Below, piece by piece: positions 39,570 to 53,200 of a stretch of DNA of 64,000 nucleotides. Below the pieces are notes generated by a model. That model worked only from the letters and a program-made list of their open reading frames with translations. It had not been told where the DNA came from and did not search any database. The first letter of the stretch is position 1. Each line of letters opens with the position of its first letter. Both the position numbers and the translations under genes were made by a program. Origin of the DNA: Utricularia gibba (Eukaryota > Plantae > Magnoliophyta); assembly GCA_002189035.1 (NCBI GenBank), contig NEEC01000011.1, forward strand, positions 806,001-870,000. The letters are read 5' to 3'.

Positions 39570-40783
39570 GTGCTATTTCACCAACCGGGATGCTGGTGCA
39601 AGATGTCTATTCCTGGAACGACCAGGGTGTTTTGTTGGTATTTTCTTATTCTTATATTGATTCTCAAACCTGCACATATCATTCTTAATCACAAATATTG
39701 ATTTAAGATGTGATACTTCAACATCATTGGATATGTTTCTTAGTTATTTGATTTAATTTCTTATAATGAATTTAAAAGTGTAAAAATACAATTGGCATTG
39801 TGACGTCATAAATTTTGAGTTTTTTGAAGTATTGAAATTATATGAATTTCATTTTCTATAATGAATTTTAAGCTAAGATTCGATTTCATATTATTGTTGT
39901 TTCAAAATGTATAAATTTGTGCATAATTTGAGAAACTCATTTAGGTTCAATCCTGGCATATATTCATAAAAAATTGGAATCCCTCACATATTTTTTCAGA
40001 TTTTTTTTAATATAACATTTCTCTATAATGACAATACAAAAAATGATTGTCTTTACTCATTGTATAAGAGAAAAAGAAAAGAGGATAAAGAAAATGAGAG
40101 ATTACCAGTTCGGTGACTATAGACACCCATGAAGTATTTGGTGAAAGTATTGAAGTTTTGTGATAGTAGTAAAGTGCTTTACTTGTTTGTATTTGTCATG
40201 TGCTCGCCTGTCGGTGATTAATTTTTGAACTATTTCAAGTATCAGTGGAATTCAATCCCTACATTGAGAAAGTAGTTCTTCAAAATACCCTAGTTAATTA
40301 TAGATATACTTCAGTTCTTATTCATAAAAAAATTGAGTATTTATGCTACTTTTATTCAATGTTATATTTCTAAAGGAATTGTTCATTCGAAATTTGCTAT
40401 AAGTTTTTATGAAACTTGCGATATTGCAAAACAAGAGCAAATAGCATTGGTGTTAAGATTTGTTGATAAGGATAGAATTCCAAAGACGCTTTTTTTTCTG
40501 TTTGATACGTGCGTCAAATAAGTTATGACTCAAGGAAATTTTGAGTTCTGATTACATTTTATAATATGTTTATGTTGTAAATTCCTAATTTTTTGTAGAC
40601 CACAATTGGAAATTAAAGTTATAACTCAAGGAATTATATTTTTTAAATATAATTTATCATATTTTGGAAATTTTAATATCTTTTCTATGTTAAAGTATAA
40701 ATATGAACTAAATTAATGATTTAGACCACATCATGTTTTCATCTGAATATTAACAGCAATATTATTAAACAAATCACGTCTAA
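39570..40783 (+). pseudogene. hAT remnant, copy 3, with internal deletion of the zinc-finger coding part
   Basis: Aligns with 10-560 and 1060-1643 of copy 1. Sequence jumps from AAAGTATTGAAG to GTAGTAAAGTGCTTTA at about 40150-40170. Confidence 0.75.
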
Positions 40784-41838
40784 CTTATGTGCACAAAATC
40801 GATGGCATGCAATATAAGATAAGGGTAGAATGGAAAATATTGTCAAAATAAGGAGATAATTTACTTTTAGATAGAAGTAGCAGCAATGAAAAAGAGTGAT
40901 GTACACAATAGGAAAAGGAATGGTAGGTGACGAAATAGTGAAAACAAATAGGAAATTATTTGTTTTCACAATTGCCAAAGACCAAATAGAAGGACTTAAG
41001 TCAAATAGCTTACATACAACCAAAGAGAATTTTAAAAAAAGAATAACAAGGAAAATTTCTCATCCTCCAGCACGAGAGTTCTAAGAAGGGTAGTAAACCC
41101 AAATAGACACCCTAGAAGAAAGGAAGATGAACCAGAAGTTTTAAAAACAAGGAAGAACAATCCATGGAAAGCCCAGAAAAGGATTTCAAAATATAATGTT
41201 CATAGCTACAAGCAGTATTATTGAAGCAGAATTTATTTTACTCTTATTTGTGGCATTTGTTTTCAACTGCTAGTTTTGTTGTTATGATTGTAATTATGAA
41301 CATACTTTTACCGTTGATCCAAGAAGTTATCTTATTTTATTTAGTCATGAGTAGCTAAACTGATGTGTGGTGTCTTGGAGAGAAAGAGAGATGTATTTAA
41401 TTTGGATTAGAGTTCTAAGGTTGAGAGTGTTAATATATCTTTTTCTTAAAAAATCAGGATGAATCCAAGAGAGGTAAAGACTTAAACATCTAACTTATGA
41501 AACCAATATTAAAATTAGATCAAAGAGGTATAATGTATATTCATAGGCAACTTTTCAAAGAAGAAACAAACAGGACTAGGTAGACCTAGTCTTATGTGAT
41601 TTAAGAAATGGTAGATCTAAGCATGAAGTGTTCTAAGAAGGATAGTAAAATTGGAAACTGAAAAGTCATAGGGAGTTAGAGCCAGACCGTATCAAGCTCA
41701 TTAGCATTTTCGAGTAATGAGATCGAAAGTCAGGTGAATACATTCCCATGAAATCCCTGAGCCATCTATTTTTTAGTTCTGTTAACGTTAAGTGATTGCT
41801 ATATTATTTTCTGTAATTTCATAATTTTTTTTTGATCA
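40784..41838 (+). repeat. LTR-like segment (family X) fused to hAT copy 3, end uncertain
   Basis: First about 650 bp match 1644-2235. Contains CATGAGTAGCTAAAC and has a possible ..TTGATCA end. Confidence 0.5.
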
Positions 41839-42714
41839 CCATTATTTTTAGTTTGAACTTAAGCTACGATTAGTCTGAGATTTCATATCCTATTTTATGC
41901 ACAATGTTTGCATCTTGTTTTAGTTAGAGCTGCAAAAGATGTTTATCCAATATCTCTATTCTTTCAAAAACTATGTTTCATTATTACTACTGTGGATTTA
42001 TATCAAAACAACATGATGAGCTTCATGAATCTAAAATAATTGGGGTAGTTCATTTACTAGCCATTGATGATGGGATTAACTCAACTTCCCGAAAGCCGCA
42101 TGGGCCAAGCCCACGTTGTTTGCCTCAAGCTATGATTATAGGGCTTGAGGCAAAATATAAGCTATGTGATAAAATATAAGAATATTCATCATGATTATCT
42201 TTCATTCCCACCCAAAGAAGGATGGTATAAACACCTTAGAAAGAGGAAGACATTAAGTAAAGTGATTATACAAACCTTGCACAATAGCTATCCCTGAGCA
42301 TGGTGGAGGATTCATGTGGTTGTAATTTGAAATTTGACCGTGCTCGTGGATAGTCTGAGGTAATTTCAAGATGAGTGAAGGAATCTCGTGATCAAAGATG
42401 AAAAATACGTAAAATCATGAAACTTAGGTATTCAAAGGGGATGATAAAATACAAGAGGGGGATAGGTCATGGCATTTAGTATTAAAGTCAAACCCCAACT
42501 TGCAATCGATGATTGAGCAAACCTATACAAGTAAGCTGAGTTTCCATAGGAGGATGAATGCAAGGCTCTGCCTAAAAAAGAGTGGAGAAACCACATCAAT
42601 TATGAATAGAGAAGAGAAAAAGATAAATTAGAATGACTACACAAATATTATGTGAAACTTTTTCATAACCACGACCAAGGATCTTTGGTAGTAACTCCAA
42701 AATTAATAATTCTA

Positions 42715-42950
42715 AGCAAAGCTACTTAAAAGGACTTGCACTAATCACTTTCCAAAATTTCCAAAATATCCAAATTCAATAAGGATAAGAATAAAAACTT
42801 AAAAAAAAACAATTATAGTGACTGACATTTATACTTTTATAAAGGCTCTCGATTTATAGAAGACTTGCTTAGATTACGAAACCTTATATGCGACATTTGT
42901 TTTTCCACTGTTTTGTCAAACAAATCTCACTTTTTAGCACCCTAAAACTA
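42715..42950 (+). repeat. Dispersed repeat shared with 59855-60090
   Basis: Both copies contain AAGCAAAGCTACTTAAAAGGAC...TTGCACT.ATCACTT...GGATAAGAATAAAAA...TATAGTGACT...TTTATACTTT. Confidence 0.75.
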
Positions 42951-43649
42951 TATTGGGTAAAAATTTTGGATATTGTTTTACTTCTGTTTTTCCAAAAATA
43001 GTTTTGCACAGAATATTTCTTATTTCCTTTTCTATTTTTGATAAAAATAATTTTTGCATGTAGTTAAAAATGGGACAAATGTAGAAATAAGAAAACAACT
43101 ACTTCTAATTCTCATTTCTATTTTTTTCATCAACTTCTCAAAATATTTCACTCTAAGGCTCCTGATCTAGGTTACCCAAGCATTTGCTAAACAATCTTCT
43201 CACAAATTGGCTGTGAAATTTGTGGGTATATGCTTGTGAGTTCTATTTTTCGTGGAGTAATTTGTTTTCCTACATCTACAAAACAAAATATGAAATTTAT
43301 GAGAATTTTAGGATATATATCACTATAGTTTTGATGGCTAGAACAAATTTCTCGACTTGCTTTGCAGATCAAATTCTTTTATCACATGGGTTTCTTTTTG
43401 GAATAGTTGTTGAGAAAATTATAGTCCATTTCCATTGATTCTTCATTCTTTTGGATGTATCTTTATTAAAGAAGTGGAAACATGTTGATGACAGTGATTC
43501 TTGCAGATGAATTTTTGGGGGTGCTGTGTTATTTTCTTTTTTTTCTCATTATGAATTCTTATGTTTTCCTTCTCATTATGACAGTGCAAACAACATGAAT
43601 GCAATCAATCAAAAGAGAAAGAAAAATGCTCACGGTGGCAAAACTTCAT

Positions 43650-44250
43650 TGTTTCCATAGGCATAAAAGAAGAATTTGATTGGCATCATGCTAGCATTTA
43701 TTTGAAATTTGTACTATAGGAGTTGGAAAAGTGAAATATGCGCAATACATCATTTACAAAAGAAGGATGGGAGATTTTCCATTTCTTGCATTAATGATGA
43801 GAATTAATGCTACTTATTATTTTAGTTGTGTGTTATTTTGCTTTGTTTATTTTATTCATGACATTGTTTGTTTCATGTAAACAAATGATCTCAATGCAAA
43901 ATTCAAGGACACACCTCCAATGTTTGCATAATTATTGGAAAAGTTATTTGACCCCATTGTTGGACATGCACTTGAACAATATGTCCCTAATGGTGGTCTG
44001 CAACAGAACAATTCAAAATTTAATGAATCAGATGGTGCGAATGCAACAACTATGGAGCTGCCACAAAATGAAGAGAGGCATGACTAACAATCTGCATAGA
44101 ATCAAAAGCAAGCTACAGTAAATGTAAAATTGTGATCGTGACGCTGCTTATTCAGAACACACCACCATGGTAGAGGAAGAAAATTGGAAAGTCGAACACA
44201 TCATATCAGAATACGTTGTTAGTGCCTTAGTTCAAGTATAATCTCATATT
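43650..44250 (+). pseudogene. PIF/Harbinger ORF1-like Myb/SANT remnant
   Basis: IYLKFVL*ELEK*NMRNTSFTKEGWE (compare GNRPNTHFTKEGW), then a probable second exon AKFKDTPPMFA*LLEKLFDPIVGH. Confidence 0.65.
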
Positions 44251-44319
44251 TGTGAAAGGATTGATAGATGATGTTGGAATCTATGTTAATTCCTTAATCA
44301 ATACTATGTATTGTAGGCT

Positions 44320-45530
44320 CGGAATACCAATGAGACCATGGCTGATGGGAGACTTAAGAATGGACTCACCATTCTTGATGAGCCATCTTTTTTCCTTGAT
44401 CTACTCAACAAGTTCTCTACTTTACTCCATGGCAACGAAATGTTGAAGAATGCTTTAGTTAATATTCTACTATATTAGTTAATATTTTTGCTGGTTCCAT
44501 GCATAATGATAATAAACGTCTATTGCACCATTGTCACCTTTGACATTTTCAGAGATTAAGTCGAACTATATCCATTCTGATTGCGGATTAAATGGTGCAC
44601 ATTGTGGTATTTATCGCTTTGCTAAATTTCATAAACACCTCACATACTCGACTTGGCACATTGAGATTTTGGGGCCTTACAAACACTAGAACATTAATGG
44701 AGCAAGATATTTTCTAACTATCATGGATGACCATTCAAGATCTACCTGCACTTTCTTTATCAAAGAGAAAAGTGTGGTGTCAAAATACTTGGCTGCTTTC
44801 CTTAGTTGTAGAGAGAATCATTTTGGTTATACAATCAAGCACATGCAGTTCAACAAAGGAGAGTTTTTGAATTTAATGTTCAAAGACTTGTGTGCAAAAA
44901 AGGGAATAGATCATCAGTTCTCTTGCATTAAAAGATCTTAGCAAAATGCAAGAGTTGAAAGTAAACAAAAACATCTATTAGAGTAACTAGAACTTTGATG
45001 TTTATGGCAGGTTACCTAAAGAGTTTCGGGGTGAGACCGTGCTTACAACAACATATATCATCAAAAAATTACCATCCTTTCTGTTAGACTGGAGGACATA
45101 GTTTGAAATGTTGCCTATATGCTGGAAATGTTCATAGCAGCAAATATAAGTTGGCACCATAAGCACACAAATGTCTATTTTTGAGATATCCAATGGATCA
45201 CAAGGGTTTATAAGTTGTTTGACTTGATTAGCAAAGAGAGGTTTATTTCTAGGGATGCAAAATTCTATGAGCAGATTTACCCTTTATAGGGTAGCTCTGA
45301 TGACTTAGAATGCCTAAATGATCTAAAAGCCTTATTATTTCCGGTTGATGTCTCTGAAGTTACTAAGACAACATATACAATTGAGGAGCCTGATATTGTG
45401 GCCAAGGCCACAAGAAATGTATTCCTTAATAAAAATAGTATTCTTGAGCATGAAGCTACTTCAAAGTTTTGATGGCATCTGGCGCATTAGTGTTGGTATG
45501 ATTGCACTTGAGAAGTGTTGCATGACCATC
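44320..45530 (+). pseudogene. Ty1/copia fragment (pre-integrase and integrase)
   Basis: GRLKNGLTILD, IWGPYK-like segment, NGARYFLTIMDDHSRSTCTF, KGIDHQFSC, QNARVE and QGHKGYKLFDL-like segment. Confidence 0.8.
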
Positions 45531-47115
45531 TAGCCATAAGTCTCACTCCTCTATCCAAGAAGCATAACTTTTAAATCGCTTTGATCAAAGTGATGCACAA
45601 CACAGCGTTTCGAAGCTCTTTTCAAGCCCGACACACAAGAGCATGCTTGCATGGTCGGTCGATGATGTTATAGAACTCAAAATGTAGTTGTAATGAGGAT
45701 GGTGCACAGCGACAGCACGTTATGACAAAGATGTAGAAGTTGCGATTAGGGATTGCTACATTGATGTGAAGGACTCTACGAGGCACAAGGGGTACGTTAA
45801 TGACTAGAAACTGTAAAAATCAATATGCCACACAAGCTAGATGGATTTTCACATGGTGTTGATCCTCGAGTCACTACATTCTCTATTGGATTCTCGAATT
45901 TCACTGTGTTTTGTTACTGGCGAAAGTCCTGCTCCTTAGCTTTCAAAGGATGTTTATTTAGTAATTTCAAATAAGAATCCATGAAATATGAACGAGTATC
46001 CATGTATATTGTAATATGTTATGAGATGAAGGTACAATATGACTCTTTGAAGTAGAAAACTTATGGGAGATGTGTGAACACACACCCCTTTATATCAAGT
46101 ATGCTTGAGGCAACTCCTTGTAGAGTTTTAGCCACCCGGTATGAGCTTGAAAAATTGAAAAAAAAAGGAAAAAGAAGCTGCAATCGTGTGGGGTTAATAA
46201 AGGGGTGCACTGTCTACTGACTTCATGAGGCCAAAGTCCAAAGAATATCTTTATCTTGATTTCTAAAATTACTAGACTGAAGTTACTAAGATCAAGGGGG
46301 TGCAACCATATACATAAATGATCACATAGTAAATAGACTTAATATATGTTAGATGTTATTACTTATACTTTATATTTCTTAGTGAGTTTTTATTGTGAAT
46401 GGTTACATACCTGTTCTATATGGTTTTTTTGACTCTATGTGTTGCATTCGATGCCTTGACCAGTAATTTTTCCAAGAAATGAATAGCAAAGGGAGAATTA
46501 GATGGTGTGATCCAGGTCATAGGAGAAAGGGTCTCACTACCTGCCATTTTGGTACTTCTCGTTTGTAGTCCTAGGTTGGGCCTTCGGAGTGGAGTCCTTC
46601 AAATGAGTTCTTACATTTCGAGGTTGACTTTGTGAGTACCTTAAACCTTGTGTTTATATAGTAGGTGGAACTAAACATGAGACCACATCATGTTTTGCTA
46701 TGATTATGTGCATAACTTTCTTTATGTTTCACCCTGTTCTCATGAAATGTTAACTAAAATGTATCCAATTTCCCTACAAATTTAAGTCAATAGGAAATAG
46801 AGGAATCAAGTCATAGGTTCCTAGGGTGTGAATTTGGATCTTGACACTTAGTGTTTCTTAGATTTACATTGTGCTAGTACATGAATACGGCTTGAAAAGG
46901 TGATGTCATGTAACTTCAGAAGAAGAAGATCCTATATTTTTTTAAGATTGTTGAAGGTTGAATGAGAAATCGAAGGTTACATGAGTTTTTTTAACATGGT
47001 ACAGACACTATTAGCACTTCATTGCTAACGAATGGAAAATTCTAAAGATGTCTTATTCCCTAAAGATTTTTCCTATCAAAAGATATTTATAAAACTAAAC
47101 AAGCATTCTATATCA

Positions 47116-48231
47116 TGTTAATGAAGAAAATAATACAGCAGTGACAAGTCTAGGTCGATCTAAAGGGAGCAAATAGTTTCCAATTGTAAGTAAAGGGTTA
47201 AACAAGGGGTTTTCGTCAAGTAGTGGGTTTTTGCTCTAAGTAAATTACTAAAACTCTCAAATGCATTTCTACACTAAAGACAAATAACATAATACGTAAA
47301 TTATTATTTCTAGAATTTTAAAAGTAACCATTACACTTAATACAAAAATTAACCATGCTTAAAAGATAACCTAAACATTCTCAAGTTACTATTTCGATTC
47401 ACGCAGGAAAACAATGAAGGAAATGACGAAGAAAAACATATTAAGTTGAAAACACTCAAACAAGATGAACATTCAGCAGGAAATGTTAATTGAACTAGAA
47501 TGTTATGAAAATACGCAAATAAAATTCAGAAAATAAAAAGTTCGTTCGATTCTCCAAATCAGTTCTCGCACGCATCAGCTTCTTCTTCTCATCAAGCGAG
47601 TTCTAAAGCTTTGCTACGAAGGTTCATTATGTTCAAATGCCATTTTGGGTGATGGAGGTGGTTCTAGTATCACTCTGAAACTGCCTCTATCGTCTTCTTC
47701 ACACAGATAGATCTCTATTCCACGGGCTCCAAGCGTTGGAGGTGAGTTCCACTGTCACATTGGAACTGTCCCTCCTTCATCTTATTCCCTAAAACTAGTT
47801 CATGCTTGCCTAAAAAACCTCTCCTAGTGTGTGAAATCTCCAGTTTCTCTCTACTCATTCTTGCTTGCTCCTCTTGCATGCCTTGGGGAGGCCTAGCTTT
47901 CCCTCTCGTTCCATGTTTCCCACCGGATAGTTTTATCTCCTTGTGCATGCAGATGCATGATTCCTATTTTGCCCCTAGACCAATAAATATTGCTTAGAAT
48001 TGTTAGAATATGCAGCACAGTCCAAATGGACTGGCCTTTCGGGCTTGGATGAACAGTAAGTTCACCACAACAAATAAATCAATGTAAAATAGACCCAAAA
48101 CATGTTTTTATACACACTGAATTTACTAACACTAATTTTTACATTTTTACCTATTTTACCTCACTTAATTCCTTATTCCAACACTTAAAATGCCACAAAT
48201 ATGACTAATTTTGACTCAATGTCAGCAATCA
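47116..48231 (-). repeat. Probable Ty3/gypsy solo LTR of another family
   Basis: TGTT...AATCA termini, with a GATCGAC-like motif and LTR-like composition on the minus strand. No TSD match (TATCA versus AACAC). Confidence 0.5.
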
Positions 48232-48239
48232 AACACGGT

Positions 48240-50400
48240 TAACATCCATATTGATTTTGCCATGTTCACAAAGCCAAATCAGTTATAGAACATGTCTCAT
48301 CTTGGACCAAGGCATAAACTTGATAATCGATACTATGTGATCTATAAAAAATCAAGTCAAATGGAAGATACTTGTTTCATAGTCAATGAAATGCCACCTT
48401 GGTGGCAAAGAAGCATACAAAACAAAATGGATCATATCAAAAGAGCAATCAGCAGGCTTATACTCCTCCACAAATGTCATGGAATCCCTGTAATCAACAA
48501 CCATGGGGTTAGTTTACTGCAACACAACCACAAATGCAATAGGAATACTACAAACAAGCTGCAAACAGTTTGGAGACTCTACTTGATCAACCACTCAACT
48601 CTAGGATTAGTGGAGAAAATTCATCTAGGTATGCAGAGACTTTACAATTTAGTCAATGTGAGTCGGGCATGTTTCTCAACGGGAGCACACTCTCTGCTAG
48701 AACTTCAGTATAGCAAAACATAAATTTTTCCAAGATGAAGTTTGTAGGTTTTTCAACTATAGAATTATGCTTCACAAGTGATATTCATATGAATCTTGTG
48801 TGTAACTCATGGGAGTGGATAGTAGATTCTAGTGCCACAACATGCATTGATTATTTGGATATATGCTTCAATTCCTTAAGACAAGTTTCTAAGGTGTGAG
48901 TCAATCTACCCAATGGTGAATCTGTGTCTATTGCTAGCATTGAAAATGTAAACTTTGGCAGATACTTTGACATTACAAAATATGAGTCTCTCATTTCAAG
49001 TATAATCTCGTCTGTGTGAAGAGATTTGCAGAGGACGCTTTCATCAATGTTACATTTTCCAATCATTATTGTTTGTTGTAGAACTAGGATACAAATAAGG
49101 ATTTTGATGTTTGTAGGTTGAAGGATGGGCTATATTTGCTTGACAAGCGATCCTTTTCCCCAACTCTGCTTGCTATGTTTTCTGCAAAACCAAGAAGGGC
49201 AGAGATGATCAAGAATAAATTGATGAATGATTTGCTACCTAAGATATGTTTCTTCGTTGATTTTGTCCATAACATGCATGACAATTTCTCATGGCATTGT
49301 CGCATTGGTCATATCTCTTAAGTCTAAACCCTAACACATGCATGTTTATTGTGGCTTAAATGCGGCACTGTGTGACATGCCAATTTTCCAAATTCCACTA
49401 ACTACCCTTCCAGCTGAGTAACTCTCGAGCACTTCATGTGCTCTACTTGCTTCATTGTAATTTGTGGGGTCCTTAGAAATGTGGAACCATCATCGGCAAT
49501 TGTTACTTTCTTACTATTGTTGATGATTTCTCACAAGCAACATGAACTTTCTTGCTTAACACTAAGGATGGAGCATATAAGTGTCTCTATGCCTTTCTCA
49601 ATTGTGGGCAGAATCATTTTGGTCATGCTTCTACGCACCTCCACTCTAATACAGGTGCTGAATTCCTTAGCAAACAATTACAGCATTTATGTGTGGCTAA
49701 GGGCATTCACCATCAATTTTCTTGTACCAAGTGCCCTCACCAAAATGCTCGGTAGAACGCAAGCAGAAGCATCTACTTGAAGTTATTAGGGCCCTAATGT
49801 TTCAAGTGGGCTTGCTGCTTATATTTTGGGGGAAGCTGTCCTCACAATGACTTATATCATTAATTGGTTACCTTTTTCTGTTCTAGCTCAAAAAACACCC
49901 TTTGAAGTTCTATTGAATACTACTCCCAGCCTAGATTACATGAAGGTATTTGGTTTCTCGCATATGCTTCTGCCTCAGCCGCTCATACTGATAAGTTGGG
50001 ACCTCGAGCTGGCAAATGTGTATTCCTATGATGCCCTATGAATCACAATGAATATAAACTTTATGATATATATACCGAGGAAGTGTTCATTTCTAGGGAT
50101 GTCAAGTTTTATGAGCAAGTATCTACTTAAAAATGGTTCAGTTGATGTTGATTCTCTAGATGTTGTACTGCCCCTCTTCCATCCCATTGAGAGGTCCGAT
50201 GGTTTTAGACTAGTGAATGATGCTACAGATAATGTCAATACTACATCCTATATAAATCCTCCTAATCTTGTGACTATTCATCTGGTTGATGAAGTGCCTG
50301 GTATGGCTGGTCCTACAAACAGTGCAAGGTCTGCATCGGCCATCCTACTGTCAATGTTGCGTGTGGTGGTGATAGCCTGTCTACTTCACCTTCACTGTCC
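48240..50400 (+). pseudogene. Ty1/copia fragment (Ale/Retrofit-like): gag zinc knuckle, protease, integrase
   Basis: KKSSQMEDTCFIVNEMPPWW (decayed knuckle), EWIVDSSATT, VNLPNGE, GRLKDGLYLLD, WHCRIGH, NTGAEF, KGIHHQFSC and PHQNAR. RT is absent. Confidence 0.8.
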
Positions 50401-50441
50401 GTGATTCTGGTACTAACACCATATTATGCAGAAGTGGGAGG

Positions 50442-50559
50442 ATGCTTCATTTGATTTCCTCTTTTGAATTAGATCGTACCACTTTGAAGCATGAGGTGTT
50501 TTTCGTAGCAATCCAAAGGGTTGGTTTACTTTTGGGCATGCTTCATTTGATTTCCTCTT
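50442..50559. repeat. 22-bp perfect direct repeat ATGCTTCATTTGATTTCCTCTT (two copies, 96-bp period)
   Basis: Copies at 50442-50463 and 50538-50559. Confidence 0.9.
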
Positions 50560-51852
50560 GTTATGATACATTTAACATGGTGTGAGAATTTAGTTTCAAG
50601 ATGTTATTATTGGTATTGATTTCGACATAGATTTTTAAGAACAATTTAGAATATTCCAAGAAGTTGAAATGAAACTGTAATAAAACATAAAATCTAATAA
50701 ACTGATATTTTTTCTATTTTTCCTTTCTTAAAAGATGCTAATTCAAATTAACTTTCTTACGATATGGAAAATTCCCACCTCCCCACATCTCCATGCTCTT
50801 TAGCTGCCCAAAAGCAGTATATATGGGGTACCCCGAAAACTTGCAAGTAAACCCAGACATAAATATCTAGCATTGCTATTTCCATACATAATTTCAAGCC
50901 CCCAATGGATTTCTCATAAGATCGTTTATTTACAATGGAATGGTATGCATATCAACAAATTTCACTGAATGGAATAGGATTATATGTATGTCTACACAAA
51001 CTGGATAAAAAAATCTCACTTAATAGGAGAGGGTTTATTATGCATAAAAATTTGGATTTTTTTAATACAAAAATTTAAATTCGTTTATCTTTATATTGAT
51101 TGATTGTTCAAAAAAGGGAATATTCTTTCTTTTGCACTTTGCAAGATAATCGAGGTTATTCTTAATATGGGTTTGAATAAAAATTTGAAGAGGGGCTAAA
51201 CCGGGTAAAAGCTGAAAGCCAAGGGGGTAGGGCAATGAAATTATTCTAAAATTAATCTGATTCCATTTAGAATATTACGAATGTTTATTTGTGATATGCT
51301 ATATTTTATATTTCGATTAAGATACAAATTTAATGTTTTAAAATGTGATCCCTATTCAAATATCTATATATGAATTTTTTAATAATATAATTAATTTTTA
51401 AGATTTAAAAAGTTATATATACTAATTATATATATTTGATGTTGTAAAATTTTATATAAGAAACTAAAAGATATTTGATAATATAATATTATTAAAAGTT
51501 GATAATGATGTCATTAAAAAAGCAGATATATGTATGATCTACATTTTAATAAATAGATATTCTATAATTTCAAATACGAATATTAAAAATTTATATTCAA
51601 AATTTACAAATGCAGATTGTTACAGAATTCAAAGAGTTTTAGCTATTTGTATAAGCATTCCTACGACACTAAATCACATTTCAACAAGATTTCGAAATCA
51701 AGAGACAATTAAAAGTGAGCCAACTAGAACTCTTTAGTAACCTGAAATTCTTAGAATACTATAAGATCATTGGAGACATTTTACCTTCTTCATGTTATTT
51801 ATGTTTGCATACATTTGGGAGACAAAACAAGATTTTTCTCTTTCTGCCTAAA

Positions 51853-52264
51853 TGTTCTGTCCTTATTTCTATTACGAGGATATATTCCCCCATTTTCAGA
51901 AGAGCTAGACTCCCTAGTGCAGGGGCATGACAGTGTGTGCAGGGGCCTGCACCTCGTTGGGGTATGGGGCTATGAATTTTAAGTTCCGTAGGTTCCTAGG
52001 GATTCTCTTGAATTATCCTAATCTTCTAATGGGTGTGAGAGGACCCTCTGGGGTGTTTCTTAGAGAAGCTCCCTTCCTGATTGAGTTCTATCCTCTATGG
52101 GGATTGAGGGTCATTTCCCTTTGGTAACAGACGTTGATTTCTTTCCCCATAATACTAGTTTATTGAACTCTAGACCGAACTTGTTAGTATGGGGGCTCAA
52201 CTTGCTTATAGGTGATCTAGTTTCGAACCTGTTGTATCCCTGATTCATTGTCTTGGAAGTGACA
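51853..52264 (+). repeat. Possible solo LTR
   Basis: GC-richer island with TGTT...GTGACA ends inside AT-rich DNA. No TSD and no partner. Confidence 0.3.
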
Positions 52265-52332
52265 AAAGATTGCAGTCTTGACACAAGAAAACATTACGAA
52301 AATTGTGTATATTCACATATTCTTTTGTATAT

Positions 52333-52356
52333 ATACATACATACATACATACATAC
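52333..52356. repeat. (ATAC)6 microsatellite
   Basis: Directly visible. Confidence 0.95.
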
Positions 52357-52906
52357 GTACGTATATATTTATAAAATCTCTTATTTTTTGAGCATCTTGT
52401 AAACCTTCAGAATAATTTTTTTGGTTGTGTAAACCAAAGGGAATGATTACAATGACTCATATCAAGGTGGAAATGAAATGGATTTATTTTTTATCCCATA
52501 CTACCCAATTATTATATATATCATGATATATCACAATTGCATTTTGTTATGTTAAAAGATACATATGTTGATATCCATCTACAGAAATATCTTTCAGTAC
52601 AATAGTTATATGACATAAACTTCTTTTTATTGCATAAATATGCCCTGGAGCACCAAGAGTTTTTAATTCCTTCATGGTGTATAAATAGTGATACTTCGAT
52701 TCTTTATTCCAAATTAGTGATACTTTTTGGCCGAACTTTTTTTTGGAATTCATCTGAATATATTTTGTAATTATTTATTATTGCACACATCAATTTTTTG
52801 TTATTTCAACGCATCATCAAATGCTTCTATGCATCATCTCTAGGGTTCAATTACCCACTCACCGAACTTACCTGAGACTTTTGTCCCTCATGCACAACAC
52901 AGTTAT

Positions 52907-53200
52907 TGTAGTCTGGAAATAAAAACAACAGCAAACTGCACTTGATGTTCTAAAGAAAAATAGAGAATAAAACACTTAGGACTGCCTTTCAAATTTATCG
53001 ATACGCAGCAATACATCTTATGGAATGACACTTAGAAAATTTATGCAAGAAACAACTCTCAAAAACGGCACACACATTCATCATAGTTTCATCAGTTTCT
53101 TCATCTTTTGCAGTAGTTTCTGGTAATGGTAGAAGCTGCTTTATTCCATCAGTTTCTTATAACGGTAGAAGCTACTCAGCTTTACAGATTAACTTCAACA
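52907..53200 (-). repeat. 3' LTR (294 bp)
   Basis: TGTAG...TTCAACA on the plus strand, paired with 57740-57976. Confidence 0.95.

Noticed and set aside
50442-50559. CRISPR-like repeat-spacer-repeat (also 22356-22415 and 10513-10573)
   Set aside because: Only two copies each, plant nuclear context, and no cas genes. These are local duplications.
51534-51750. Possible hAT C-terminal dimerisation fragment
   Set aside because: Only faint resemblance. The diagnostic SAERSFS-type motif is absent.
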